Positions 36,611 through 47,111 of a stretch of 64,000 bases of DNA are shown one piece after another. The position numbers and the translations under genes were made by a program. The stretch comes from a virus (lineage: Duplodnaviria > Heunggongvirae > Uroviricota > Caudoviricetes). The stretch spans positions 3,454-67,453 of IMG/VR virus record IMGVR_UViG_3300018080_000104; one strand, written 5' to 3'. A model generated the notes under the pieces. The model made no database searches, was not told where the DNA came from, and saw only the letters and a list, made by a program, of their open reading frames with translations. How positions within the stretch are numbered: position 1 is the stretch's first letter; each line of letters opens with the position of its first letter.

Positions 36611-37702
36611 TTAAAGCGGAACTTCTCCCAGCAGCAGCTTAAATGCTACACGCTCTACCGCTGCTCTATCAGGAATATGTAACGGCTTAGCCAGCCTTAT
36701 CAGCCATGTAAATAGATCGTAGCAAGTTGGCTGCCTAGAAATGTTTATGTTTTGTTGTAGCTCAGTAGTATCAGCGCCGAAAATCGCTTTGCTTATTGCC
36801 AAACTAGCCAGCTCGCTTTCCAAACCGAGTGCAATTAACTTATTCAGCAACGTCCGATACGGCTTTGGTGCTATACGATGGTGCGCGATGATATCCAACG
36901 GTGCCGCCAAATTGCTGTGCAACGCATCGGCATCAACAGCTGGCGTCGCGTTGATTACGCCGCCGAGCTTTTTCCGCAGTCGTTTAGCAAACGTTTTACC
37001 GGTGTGCGGCAGTTTAGTGAACGCAGCAAGACAGCGACATTCTGCCGCATATATCGCCGCAGACGCGCTGACACTGCATTCTCCAACTTCCGAATTCGAA
37101 AAATAGTAGCCGCTTCGAAAAGAGCATCCAGCATATTCCATAAACGGCTCATCTCGCAGAAAGACCATTGCGAGTCTGCGGCCGTCCAGGCGAGCTGCAT
37201 GAAAATTGATCGGCGGATTGATAGCAGTCAAAAAATCGTCGACGACTTCGTACAACCGGCCATGCGGCAGATATTTGTACTTGTTGCCAACAATACCGTC
37301 GACCGTGCGCGTTGCCGTGTTCCTGATTAGCTGCCGGCCGCGAATACCTTTCGGCATGTGAAATCGCAGTTTCAGCGTCTTGTTGATAGCGTTTACGGCC
37401 AGCGACGGATCAAGCATTGGCTCGGACCGCCCCGCCCTGCGTAGAATGCCGCCAACATCGGAAACATACGTCCATAATCCGGCAGCGAGCAAAGTACACA
37501 GCTGTTTGATAGCTAGCAGTGACAGCATACTATTGTCGCTGCGCAGTCGGCCGTCCAATTGCAATTCTACGTCAGCGGCGTACTCGATCGGTGCATTGTA
37601 CGTCGTAGTGTCGACGTTCACGGCATGTGCATAGAACTGCGAAGCCTGCGACGCGTCAAATTCGGCCCGTGCGGGCCGTGCAATCCACGCTTTGACCATC
37701 AA
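36611..37702 (-). CDS. Hypothetical protein, DUF932-like
   Basis: GIVGNKYKYLPH and GYYFSNSEVG resemble DUF932 family motifs. Confidence 0.55.
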   Translation of the reverse strand: MMVKAWIARPARAEFDASQASQFYAHAVNVDTTTYNAPIEYAADVELQLDGRLRSDNSMLSLLAIKQLCTLLAAGLWTYVSDVGGILRRAGRSEPMLDPSLAVNAINKTLKLRFHMPKGIRGRQLIRNTATRTVDGIVGNKYKYLPHGRLYEVVDDFLTAINPPINFHAARLDGRRLAMVFLRDEPFMEYAGCSFRSGYYFSNSEVGECSVSASAAIYAAECRCLAAFTKLPHTGKTFAKRLRKKLGGVINATPAVDADALHSNLAAPLDIIAHHRIAPKPYRTLLNKLIALGLESELASLAISKAIFGADTTELQQNINISRQPTCYDLFTWLIRLAKPLHIPDRAAVERVAFKLLLGEVPL

Positions 37703-37713
37703 TTTGTCTACGG

Positions 37714-38244
37714 TTAGATAAATTGCGTCTTATCTAGCCATATCTCCATTGCGTCTGCCAGATCTTCCAGGAAATAAAGGGCTCCGCGGACCCGATACCA
37801 GCTGCCGTGCCGGCTTAGTTTGTCAGCCGCCGGTGGAATACAGTTGTGAAATACCTTATGCCGTGTATCTCCGGCCCACGGAAACACCAATCCTATAGCA
37901 CTAGTTTCAACAAATCCGGACGGAATGCAATCCTGAATCAGCTGAAACTCTTTCCAGACCGATGTCTTGGTTATCTTGCCCTCCATAGCTATTTTCAGCG
38001 ATTTACCCACTTTGATATGCTTAGCGACCAGCCGCAGCGGCAAATCTACAACCTCCCTGATCTTCTCCATAGTCAGTTCGCTGTCGCCGCCGAGCACCCT
38101 ATCCGTACCCACGCCGAAGCCTGCCGCCCGGAGTATCCTCTTGGCGACAGACTTCTCGTAGGTTGCTTGCTGGGCCGCCCAGACGTCCTCCCGCGTCGGC
38201 GCCGCCATATCCATGATATCGTCCTGCCCTGGATCAAACGCCAT
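37714..38244 (-). CDS. Hypothetical protein
   Basis: GAGGAG RBS. Confidence 0.7.
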   Translation of the reverse strand: MAFDPGQDDIMDMAAPTREDVWAAQQATYEKSVAKRILRAAGFGVGTDRVLGGDSELTMEKIREVVDLPLRLVAKHIKVGKSLKIAMEGKITKTSVWKEFQLIQDCIPSGFVETSAIGLVFPWAGDTRHKVFHNCIPPAADKLSRHGSWYRVRGALYFLEDLADAMEIWLDKTQFI

Positions 38245-39643
38245 TTGTAGGCTCCTCTGCGGCCTCCTGCGGCACCGCTACGGGCACGGCGCCCAGAGCC
38301 TCTGCTTCGGTTTCAAGGGCCAGAGCTCGCTCTGCTGCAATGGCTGCGGATTCTGCCTGCCGAGCCACGTAAGCATAGTCTTCGAGCTTCCCTAGAAAAT
38401 CGGCGCCAGGTTCAAAGAACGGACGGCGTTGTACCCCTAACACTGGGTATAAGTCTTCCAGCACATCGGGATGCCTCTCCAATTCGACGCCGAGGTCATG
38501 CGGCGGCATAGCGTCCGATGACTGTACGCCTAGCCGCTTGGACCAATACAGTTTGCCTAGGCTGCCGCCTGACTTACTGTGGAAATCGCAGACCTCCTGG
38601 ACTGCAGACATCAGTTTTTTCTGCCTGGCGGCGGGCAAACCCCACCCGTCGCACAGATACAAAATTGACGCTTCCCACCATTCGAATCGGCTGTGCAATC
38701 GATAGACGTTCTCCGCATCTTCCTGCAGCCACGTCTTGAACCTTACACAGATGCGAGCATCGTCTACGCCGTAGCTATTCTTGATACTTCGCATGCCGAT
38801 TGTGGCAGCTTTGAAATTAGAGTATTCCTTAATCTTGCCGAGCCTGTTCAGCTCGATGATAGCTGCGCAGTGGAATCGCAAGGCCTGTCCGCCGGGAATC
38901 TGGTAATCCACCTCGCCGGTCAATGAATCCCGATGCACTTTAAGGTGGTTGACTCCAACAAACGTGAATGGCCAATCGCGGATGACGCCTGGAAACGTTT
39001 TTAGCCAGTCGTTGATCAGTTGCGCTTCGATGGCAAAGTGCGGACTAGCATGCCCGCTTTCTAGAATGCTTTTCTTGGTCCGCTCACTGGGCTTTCCCGT
39101 GAGTGAATCAACGATCATGCAAAACGGCACAGTACGGCCAGGCATATCCTTTTGCTCCAGCCGCTTCTGCAAAAACTGCGTGCCTTTGGTTGTTTTTGTT
39201 TGCCACTCTTCAATCGAATCGCAGTCTTCGACGCGGATCGCCTTGACGTCCCAGTTGAATACGCTATTACGTAGATCTGGCGTTGGCTTGTCTTCGGCTT
39301 CTTTCAGGAAAGCGCCGCCGCCGCATATGCGATGCCACCGGCCCCATTCGGCTGCCATTGTTGACTTGTACGATCCGGCAGGCCCAACAAGCTGATAGCA
39401 TCTAGATAGCGGCAGCCCTTCGTTTTGCAAAATGATTCGACAGCTAATTGCCGGGACAGGCAATACGTGGATTATGGGATTGTGGCCAACCAAATGGCCT
39501 TTTTTCCCCATGAACGCTTCGCTGTCTTTTTCGGCGATATCCATTATGGCATCGATTTTGATTTCGCTGCCAGTTATTGGATCGCGCTTTAGTTCGTCGG
39601 TGTTATCGCTGTCTTTTTTCTTACGCGTTTTTCGTTTTGCCAC
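38234..39643 (-). CDS. RecA/UvsX-like recombinase
   Basis: Walker A GPAGSYKST, Walker B IVDSL, VNHL, PGG.ALRF. Confidence 0.88.
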   Translation of the reverse strand: MAKRKTRKKKDSDNTDELKRDPITGSEIKIDAIMDIAEKDSEAFMGKKGHLVGHNPIIHVLPVPAISCRIILQNEGLPLSRCYQLVGPAGSYKSTMAAEWGRWHRICGGGAFLKEAEDKPTPDLRNSVFNWDVKAIRVEDCDSIEEWQTKTTKGTQFLQKRLEQKDMPGRTVPFCMIVDSLTGKPSERTKKSILESGHASPHFAIEAQLINDWLKTFPGVIRDWPFTFVGVNHLKVHRDSLTGEVDYQIPGGQALRFHCAAIIELNRLGKIKEYSNFKAATIGMRSIKNSYGVDDARICVRFKTWLQEDAENVYRLHSRFEWWEASILYLCDGWGLPAARQKKLMSAVQEVCDFHSKSGGSLGKLYWSKRLGVQSSDAMPPHDLGVELERHPDVLEDLYPVLGVQRRPFFEPGADFLGKLEDYAYVARQAESAAIAAERALALETEAEALGAVPVAVPQEAAEEPTNGV

Positions 39644-39660
39644 TTGCGTCTCCTAATAAA

Positions 39661-39698
39661 GAAAATGGCCCACCGGATGACTGCATCCGGCGGACCAT
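39661..39698 (-). terminator. Probable terminator
   Basis: CCGGATG/CATCCGG stem with U-rich tail. Confidence 0.55.
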
Positions 39699-39713
39699 CG
39701 TTTGCCACTGCAA

Positions 39714-41123
39714 TTATTGTTGTTGTTGTTGTTGTTGTCCGTGGCCGGCAGCTCGCAGTCTGGCCTGCTCAATAGCAGCCATAGTCTCGTTCTGCCTTGC
39801 CGACGATTCATGCGTAGGCTGCGGTTCAAACGGCTCCGTTTGAGCAGCGCCTGGATTATTTGACTGTACTGCCGGTGGTCCCGGCGGCGGCGTGCCTACC
39901 ATCTGTCCGAGGCTACACGCGCCTTGGGCCGGCTGCTGCTGGACCGGCTGCTGCTGGACCGGCTGCTGCTGGACCGGCTGCTGCTGGGCCGGCTGTTGCC
40001 GGGCCGGCTGTTGCTGGGCCGGCTGTTGCTGGGCCGGCTGTTGCTGGGCCGGCTGTTGCTGGGCCGGCTGGAATTGTGAACCTGCTAGGCTTTGAAACGG
40101 CACACTCACTCGCGCTGTTTCATTCCTAGCAGCCGCCTGCACGTCTTCCGGGATCAAATCCCCGTATGCCTCGCCGAGGGCGTAGACAATTGCGCTGGCG
40201 GGCAACCCACAACGAGATAACCGCTGCACTTGCTCTTCCAGCGTCGGAATATGGATGATCTCGTCCCACATAACTCGCTGCGATCTAGCAGCAAGCATTG
40301 GCTCAAGATCGGTAATAGCCGGCGATACGTTGTTGTAGTTATCGAGAATTTCGACTTCGTAGCGGTTCTCCAGCGCCTGTCCACCGAGTGCGCGCTGTTG
40401 ACTTCCAAGCGAACCGGTTTGCGCCGGATTCACCCGGTTCTGGCTGCCCGCCTGGTGGAATTGAATAAAGCCGCCGCCGTTGAAATCGAGCAGATCTGGA
40501 TGCTTCCAGCTGCCGTCAGGATTTTTCTCCTGTATCTTCTCGATAAGCGCTTCGCCAGCCGTCTGGCTCATCAGAAATACCACAGGCATGTCGTTTGGTT
40601 GCACGCCGATCGGCGGTACACGTGGCTTATCGTTCCACTCAACAACAATGCCCTGCATCAGATAGCCATCTTTTGGAGGACTAATGGGCAACGGACGCCC
40701 AGTCTGGCCTACAACCATTGCGCCCCAGCTAGATGGGGCTTGCCCGCTTCGTACGGCTGCGGGAATCGCACGATGCAGCATCCAAACCGGATTTTGCTGC
40801 GCGTCGATATCATGGTCCCGCGGGTCTTGTGTAATGAACGTGATTCCTGGAATGCCGATCGAAAAGGCCATGTCGTATCGCCTGATCCAATCGCCAAAAC
40901 CGTGTGGGCCATCACTCAGCCGGAACGGATCCCACTGATTAGGATTGTCCGGATCGCGGACGGGCAGAGGACGTACGATCGTCTTCTTGCCACCCCATGT
41001 GGGCTTCCAGATTTGGCAGCCTGAACCATTCCGCAGAATGTGCATGCCTTGTAACCCACGACCAGTCGGTACGCCTTCGCTTTCAAAAGTGTACCTACCC
41101 CTAGCAACACCTGTTCTTGACAT
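39714..41123 (-). CDS. Putative single-stranded DNA-binding/recombination protein with QQQPA repeats
   Basis: IVRPLP motif; position between polymerase and RecA; function inferred from context. Confidence 0.5.
   Translation of the reverse strand: MSRTGVARGRYTFESEGVPTGRGLQGMHILRNGSGCQIWKPTWGGKKTIVRPLPVRDPDNPNQWDPFRLSDGPHGFGDWIRRYDMAFSIGIPGITFITQDPRDHDIDAQQNPVWMLHRAIPAAVRSGQAPSSWGAMVVGQTGRPLPISPPKDGYLMQGIVVEWNDKPRVPPIGVQPNDMPVVFLMSQTAGEALIEKIQEKNPDGSWKHPDLLDFNGGGFIQFHQAGSQNRVNPAQTGSLGSQQRALGGQALENRYEVEILDNYNNVSPAITDLEPMLAARSQRVMWDEIIHIPTLEEQVQRLSRCGLPASAIVYALGEAYGDLIPEDVQAAARNETARVSVPFQSLAGSQFQPAQQQPAQQQPAQQQPAQQQPARQQPAQQQPVQQQPVQQQPVQQQPAQGACSLGQMVGTPPPGPPAVQSNNPGAAQTEPFEPQPTHESSARQNETMAAIEQARLRAAGHGQQQQQQQ
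39926..40070 (-). repeat. 15-nt tandem repeat encoding QQQP(A/V), about 9 copies
   Basis: ggccggctgttgctg / gaccggctgctgctg units. Confidence 0.95.
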
Positions 41124-41216
41124 AACGTCTCCTCAAAAAATGCTGAAGTAAAAACGCCGGTAAATTGAAATTGCACAGTAAATAATAAGTAATTTGCTAA
41201 TGGTTTAGCTCGACTT

Positions 41217-41244
41217 ATTATAGCTTTCCCTTCGTACTTTTCAA
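41217..41244 (-). promoter_or_regulatory. Sigma70-like promoter
   Basis: TTGAAA-16nt-TATAAT in AT-rich gap. Confidence 0.6.
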
Positions 41245-41247
41245 GAC

Positions 41248-44200
41248 CTAAACGGCCAGACTTTTTCCGTATTTTCTGTCAATTCCCAGCTCGTCGCACA
41301 GCTCCCACGACAACGATTCGCCCCAGCGGGCACAGACTGCTGTATCGATCCCAAACCTGTATTCTGGGCTGTCTGGGTAAGGCACCCCATCTAGGTTGCA
41401 TGATTTGAAGCTAAGTCTGTCTACCATGCATTCTTGCAAAACATCATGCACGGCGGCCACGCTCCGCAATGGTACTTCTAGCAAAATCGCGTCGTGGATC
41501 TGCAACACAATCTTATAACCGAGTTCAGCCCGTCTTGGGTGGTTGTAGAGATAATACAGCGCAGTGCTGATAGCATCTGCCACAAGGCTCTGGAATGGAA
41601 AATTGAGGCATTGCCGCTCCAACTCACCCATTGCGCCTCTGTCGGATGTCGTGATAAATCTACGATATCTGCCAAAGTACGTCCGCACCCATCCTGGATC
41701 AACCACACGCGCTCGCAGCTGTTCTTGGAGTAAAGGTATTCCAGGATAAAGGTCAAAGATGTTGTCGATAATTGTTTGTGCATCTGCTACTGTAATCTGT
41801 ACGCCTTCTTCCTGGCATTGCCTGGCGCACGCTTCTGCCGTTCTACCATATCCTATACCGAATATGATATTTTTGGCGGCGACCCTCAAGCCGCCAGATC
41901 CTATTGCTCTTAAGCCCTCCTTTGTAGGCTGGCATGGAAGTCTAAACGACGTAACAGCCACGTTCGAATGGATGTCGTACTGCTCTGGATGTCCGTCTGG
42001 AAGATTAGCACGCTGACAGTGTTCGATCATTCTTTCGTCGCGGGCCATCACTGCCATGCCAAGTAATTCAGCACCAACAAGATCGGCTTCTACGAGCAGC
42101 GTCTGTTCACCGTAATTTGGATCTAGATTGCTCGTCAAAAATGATCTGATCTTCCATTGATATGCATCGCCTAGGATGCGACGATAGTCATCTTCCCGCC
42201 GGTTTGAGAGATTCTGCAACGGCGGCCGTGCAGAACTAGCGCGCCCGGTTTCCATCGTCTGCAAAAAAGCGCTCCGCACACGCCAATCGTGGCAGATATA
42301 GGATGCCATTCCGCCTGCATAGACTCGTCGATCATATTCGTCCACTACGATGTTTCCGCCTTCGTCGTACGTTGGCGGACGTAGTACAGATTTCAGAATT
42401 TGGTCGATGAGTCTTACGTCTCGCAGTCGTAATGCTGTTTCATTATACAGGCCAAGAATACCGAGCGTTTCTTTATCCGTGCTGGGCGTATATTTGTGCT
42501 CTTCTCCCTGCTGAATAATTCTTGCCCACGGTGTGCCACGATGACCTGTAGACTTTACGGGCCGCAAATGAAGCGAAACAGCTTCCGCCGGCCTTATTCG
42601 TACTTTGTTGCCGTTTGCATCGCGTTTAGCATTGTACTGTTCCCCAAACAGCAATTCCACACACTGCACCGAGCTTCGCGGATTGAAGTCTGGCCAGTGC
42701 AATTCAGCTCGCAGCGCGGCGAGCTTATTCGCGTGCGTACGCAAATACAGATCTGTTAGCTCGTCGATTCTGTTGTGGTCTACCTTTATTCCTACAATAC
42801 TCATTTCACAGAAGGCCGGCATCGCCATCATGCTGCGGTGGAACGGTATCCAGCTGGCATTATCAAAGCGGTCAGATTCCAGCAGCCTACAAACTACTTC
42901 TCCGAGTTGCCAGGTATATGCTGCATCGTATCCGCCATATGGAATCAGTTTATCTGCCGGACATTCGCCGTATCCTGCAAGATCCTTTTCTTTGATATGC
43001 TGTTCGGCACAATAAGCTTTGCGCCAACGAATGATAGGCATATCCCAGCGGCTGGCGCCACAATAACGTACCGCCATTACCTCTAACTTTAATTCGCCTG
43101 TCTCATTGACTGCATGCATGCCCAAAGCAACGTCGAAGCCGCCTGGATAATTTCCGCCGACTATTGCGCGATAATCTTCTGGAACGACAAAACGATGCCT
43201 GATATCACACCCGGCGTGCAACAGCCATGGAATATCTGACGCAAAAAACGAGCCGAGTATTTGCACATCGTCGCGATCGAGAAGTCGCCGCACTTCTGCT
43301 ATGGCTGCCTCTATACTTGGCAAAAACGCTGGTTCGCCGCCCTGGTGCCTAAGCACCAAAACAGCTGCATGTTTGCCATTATGACTAAACTGAATAGTCC
43401 GCAGGTAAGCGCCGGGCTCGTTTGGATGGTTACCGTGCCATTCGCAGTCCACTGCAATCTTCTTCAGCCCTGGCTGCGCCAGCAACGAATCCACATACCA
43501 TTTCAAATCTCGCAGCTTATATATAGGCTGTATGACAATATCTGCTTCTCGGCGCACTGCCGCTTCGCCGTGCACTAGTCGCACAAAATCCTTAAGCGTT
43601 GCTTCGTACTGTGGGTATTGTTCCGTATTCCGTAGCACCGCCGCTGGATGCGTTACAGCCATTACCTTTATATGATGGTATACCGGCTCTTCTCCGGTAT
43701 CGTGGATAGGTACGTCGATTTCAACATGCCGGCCGATCATGTTTCCGACATTATTGCTTTTTCCGCAGATAGCTTTTGTGGCTTCTGCGCCGAGGCACAA
43801 AATATAATCTGGCCTGACTAGCCGCAGCTCCTGATCTAACAGTGGACGACAATCTTGAACCCACTTCTGCGGCAATGCGCCGCCCTGCGGGTTGATATTC
43901 TGCCACCGCACCAAGTTACAAGTATAGCAGTCGGCTATTTCTTCCGGCGACATGCCAACCTGCAACAGTGTTTCTCGCAATAAACCGCCGGATGGACCGC
44001 AGAGATTGCGGCCCGTCATAACCTCTTCGGCACCAGGCATTTTGCCGACAATCATTATGACTGGAGGCTGCTGGTCGCGCGGAATATCGTCGTCCCACAG
44101 CTGCACTGGCCCGGAACCGCCGCCCCATCGATGGCCGGGAATAATACGCACGCTGTGTAGCTCGCCGCGAAACTCTATCGGCATGTGGTAATCTGCATCA

Positions 44201-44445
44201 TATAGGCATCGCAGGTATAGGCCGGTTAACCACGCGCCTACTTGCGTAATCGTCTTCGATTTGCCTTTGCCTGCAATAGTGACTGGACATGCATCGCCCA
44301 GCGCTGCGGCGTGTGCTAGAAAATTTGGACCAGGCGGCGCCATTCCAGGCGAGGTCAGTGGATAAAACGCATAGCGTTGTGCAAATTCATTATCTTCGTC
44401 CCCGTCGAGAATTGCTTGAATGTCAACAGCTGACAGGTCTTCCAT
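41248..44445 (-). CDS. polA: Family A DNA polymerase with N-terminal uracil-DNA-glycosylase-like (family 4/SPO1-type) domain
   Basis: IVGKMPG..E...G....GPSG..L and THPAAVLR (UDG); DCE exonuclease; TGRASS..P.LQN, DLVGAEL, R..AK...FG..YG, QIHDA. Confidence 0.93.
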   Translation of the reverse strand: MEDLSAVDIQAILDGDEDNEFAQRYAFYPLTSPGMAPPGPNFLAHAAALGDACPVTIAGKGKSKTITQVGAWLTGLYLRCLYDADYHMPIEFRGELHSVRIIPGHRWGGGSGPVQLWDDDIPRDQQPPVIMIVGKMPGAEEVMTGRNLCGPSGGLLRETLLQVGMSPEEIADCYTCNLVRWQNINPQGGALPQKWVQDCRPLLDQELRLVRPDYILCLGAEATKAICGKSNNVGNMIGRHVEIDVPIHDTGEEPVYHHIKVMAVTHPAAVLRNTEQYPQYEATLKDFVRLVHGEAAVRREADIVIQPIYKLRDLKWYVDSLLAQPGLKKIAVDCEWHGNHPNEPGAYLRTIQFSHNGKHAAVLVLRHQGGEPAFLPSIEAAIAEVRRLLDRDDVQILGSFFASDIPWLLHAGCDIRHRFVVPEDYRAIVGGNYPGGFDVALGMHAVNETGELKLEVMAVRYCGASRWDMPIIRWRKAYCAEQHIKEKDLAGYGECPADKLIPYGGYDAAYTWQLGEVVCRLLESDRFDNASWIPFHRSMMAMPAFCEMSIVGIKVDHNRIDELTDLYLRTHANKLAALRAELHWPDFNPRSSVQCVELLFGEQYNAKRDANGNKVRIRPAEAVSLHLRPVKSTGHRGTPWARIIQQGEEHKYTPSTDKETLGILGLYNETALRLRDVRLIDQILKSVLRPPTYDEGGNIVVDEYDRRVYAGGMASYICHDWRVRSAFLQTMETGRASSARPPLQNLSNRREDDYRRILGDAYQWKIRSFLTSNLDPNYGEQTLLVEADLVGAELLGMAVMARDERMIEHCQRANLPDGHPEQYDIHSNVAVTSFRLPCQPTKEGLRAIGSGGLRVAAKNIIFGIGYGRTAEACARQCQEEGVQITVADAQTIIDNIFDLYPGIPLLQEQLRARVVDPGWVRTYFGRYRRFITTSDRGAMGELERQCLNFPFQSLVADAISTALYYLYNHPRRAELGYKIVLQIHDAILLEVPLRSVAAVHDVLQECMVDRLSFKSCNLDGVPYPDSPEYRFGIDTAVCARWGESLSWELCDELGIDRKYGKSLAV

Positions 44446-45526
44446 CAGTTAAAGTAACTCCTTGGCTCCTAGCAGTCCACAAGATTAAGTCCCACAGCCC
44501 GTTGCGATCCTGCCGAACAGCATCGGCCGGATCTACCCCGTCGGGCAGTGCAACATGCACGACGCGCCTAGTTTGCCGCATCTGTTCGTACAGCATCTCC
44601 GATGCGGCATACGCATCGCCGTCCATCAGCAAAATGATGACGGGCCAATTGTTCACGAGCAAATTGAAATGGACCATCGACAAGGTCTGTTTCTTGCCAA
44701 AGGTCGCCACGGTACCTGCGCCCATCGCAATCGCGTCGGTGGGGCCTTCCGTAACGATCACGAAAGGCATGCCGAGCGCGTCGTCGAAGCCGTAGAGCAT
44801 GTTGCGAAGATGGCAGCCCGGCTGCGTGAAGTATTTCGGTATCCCATACCGCTTCCAATCGATGTCGCCGACGTATCGGCCCTGCCAGCCGACCATCTCG
44901 CCATGCATATGGATCGGAAAGATGATCCGGTTATGGGCGTGTTTTATATCCGCCGGCGCTTCTTGGCACCATCGCACTTTGTAATGCCGGGCCAGATCCA
45001 ACGGATCCATCTGCCGGCTGCGCAGGTAGATATTCGCGTGATGCGTTTCCGGTAGCTCGTCGAGCGGTATGCACGTGCCGGGAAAATCGGTTTTGTACAG
45101 CCGCCCATCGTCGATGATGCCCGGTGCGACGACGATTTGTTTTCGCTCGTCGCGGCTGATGGCATTGAAGATCATCGTCCGCAATTCTTTGCGGTAGGCC
45201 GGCTGGGTAGTGCATTCCTCGTTAAAGCAGTGTGCCGTCCAGTAGAACTTATCGTCGGGTCTGTTTTCGATTCCGTGACCGTATCTGTGATGAATCCATA
45301 GGCGCTGTTTGGTGTCGTGCCGCCCGCACCGCTTCACGCAGAACGGGCAGTTGACGCGGTAATACTCACCGGCGATTAGCATTTTATAACGAGATCCTGT
45401 CGGCGACATCGTATGCGGCTGGCATGCGCCATAAACGCCGACACCGTGGCTTGCTATAACTACTTGGCCGAATATCTTCTGTAGCCGCCGGTACAGCCAC
45501 GGATTTAGAGCAGGATTATTGTACAT
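44423..45526 (-). CDS. DNA primase (Zn-finger + TOPRIM)
   Basis: CPFC..HCF..C; RIIFP..G.QGR; VTEGPTDA; MDGDA; DP.D. Confidence 0.9.
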   Translation of the reverse strand: MYNNPALNPWLYRRLQKIFGQVVIASHGVGVYGACQPHTMSPTGSRYKMLIAGEYYRVNCPFCVKRCGRHDTKQRLWIHHRYGHGIENRPDDKFYWTAHCFNEECTTQPAYRKELRTMIFNAISRDERKQIVVAPGIIDDGRLYKTDFPGTCIPLDELPETHHANIYLRSRQMDPLDLARHYKVRWCQEAPADIKHAHNRIIFPIHMHGEMVGWQGRYVGDIDWKRYGIPKYFTQPGCHLRNMLYGFDDALGMPFVIVTEGPTDAIAMGAGTVATFGKKQTLSMVHFNLLVNNWPVIILLMDGDAYAASEMLYEQMRQTRRVVHVALPDGVDPADAVRQDRNGLWDLILWTARSQGVTLTDGRPVSC

Positions 45527-47111
45527 ATTGCGTTTCCAATTGATCCAACCTGTCGGTAACTTGTGGCCCCTCCTGCAATTGCTGCCCGCCGGCTTGCACC
45601 GAATGCATCCGATTGAGCAGCGCCACAGACTCGATGCGCCCCCCATCTACTCTCAACGTTTTACTTGCATCTACCAAACAACACAGTGCGCCATTGATGC
45701 GGCAAACAATAGGTTTTGGCGTCATTCCGCGGCGCGTCTTTGTTGCTGCCAGCATGCACGCCCATGTGTTTACGTCCTTCGTACCAAGTACCAATGCCAA
45801 AAACGCGTTGTTGGCAAACGCCTTACACCATTCTGCGTTGGTATGTGAAAGCTTAGCAACGGGACTAGCTTGCTGGGCTTTACCATTTACTTGCTGTAAT
45901 ACCCATCCAACAGCGTTAAACGGCACTGTAATTTCGCTACGAAAGCGATCGACGAAAGTGCCAAGCTCTTTTATGAGCCTGTCCGAATGCCCGTCCTTTT
46001 GCATCAAAGCACGTTCGGCGCAAAGACCAGCATAATCACAATAGACGTCGTCAATTTCCCGCTGCTTCTCGTCTTGGATTGCGCCGAGCATGCTGCGAAT
46101 TTCTGAAATGCCATGCATGCCCCCCATCGAATCTGGATGATTCGAAAAGTCTACCAGCACGGAATGCGAGTTTAACCATACCATATTCTCGGTATATCGC
46201 TCCTGTTCGCACGACGGATTGTTGCCGACAACTAGCTTGCGCTCGTAATCTTGCAAATTCGCTAGCGTAGATAACTCGTCCGGACTGTGTATTGCTGCTA
46301 AGCGATCTTTGTGTATCTGACAGGCACAGCTTACTGCGCGAATTTGCAACGATCGCATATTGTCTTCATAGCTTATGTACACGCTGAGCCCGGTTTTCTC
46401 GCCGGTGCTCTGCTCTTTTTCATATGCGCGTTTTGCTCTCCCACACATCATTTGGATCGCCAACGTGGTCTTGGCAACGCCAGACGGACCAATCAGCGTA
46501 TTGACGTCGCCAATTTCTGCCATAGGTACCATTGAATCAATAAATGGCACCCCGGTTGTAACGGTACCGGCATCGGCGCCGGCCCATATCTCTGGTGCTG
46601 TTAGCTGTAGCTCTTTGTGCTGTATGTGACCAAGCTGCTGTATATGCCTGGCTATTTCTTCCGCAAAACCGGTATAGTCGGCCTGTCCGTTCAACCGCAT
46701 GTCCGTTGCAAGCTGCTGTGCTGCAGCGCCGACAGTCCGTTCAAGTAGCACTTGCTGCAAGCATTCCAGCGCCCATCGCGGCTCCAAAACCTCTTGTGGA
46801 TGAATATCCGTGTTGTACCACTGTCGTAATGAGTTTTCGACCTCCACGAGCTGTTGGGGGCCGACTGTTTCGTCGTATTGCAATATCCGCAGCGATTCAT
46901 TGACTATTGTTGTCAGCGTCGGCAGACAGGCCAGTCGCTCGTAGTGCTCTAAAGCTGCCGCCAGTATTGCGCGGTACGTTGCCTCGTGCGGCTGGTACAG
47001 ATGCGACGGACGTAGACGCGCTGCAACTTGCTGAAATACTTTATCGATTCGCAGTAGATGCAGGAACAAATAATCAAGTAACCGCGTATCTACTGGCAGT
47101 ACATCGCTCAT
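45516..47111 (-). CDS. DnaB-like replicative helicase
   Basis: GPSGVAKTT, ISYE, DY, QQVN. Confidence 0.85.
   Translation of the reverse strand: MSDVLPVDTRLLDYLFLHLLRIDKVFQQVAARLRPSHLYQPHEATYRAILAAALEHYERLACLPTLTTIVNESLRILQYDETVGPQQLVEVENSLRQWYNTDIHPQEVLEPRWALECLQQVLLERTVGAAAQQLATDMRLNGQADYTGFAEEIARHIQQLGHIQHKELQLTAPEIWAGADAGTVTTGVPFIDSMVPMAEIGDVNTLIGPSGVAKTTLAIQMMCGRAKRAYEKEQSTGEKTGLSVYISYEDNMRSLQIRAVSCACQIHKDRLAAIHSPDELSTLANLQDYERKLVVGNNPSCEQERYTENMVWLNSHSVLVDFSNHPDSMGGMHGISEIRSMLGAIQDEKQREIDDVYCDYAGLCAERALMQKDGHSDRLIKELGTFVDRFRSEITVPFNAVGWVLQQVNGKAQQASPVAKLSHTNAEWCKAFANNAFLALVLGTKDVNTWACMLAATKTRRGMTPKPIVCRINGALCCLVDASKTLRVDGGRIESVALLNRMHSVQAGGQQLQEGPQVTDRLDQLETQYVQ

Noticed and set aside
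39926-40070. CRISPR-like repeat, or the Cys/Trp-rich and AGPAA plus-strand ORFs
   Set aside because: Spacerless coding repeat for QQQP(A/V); plus-strand ORFs are antisense shadows
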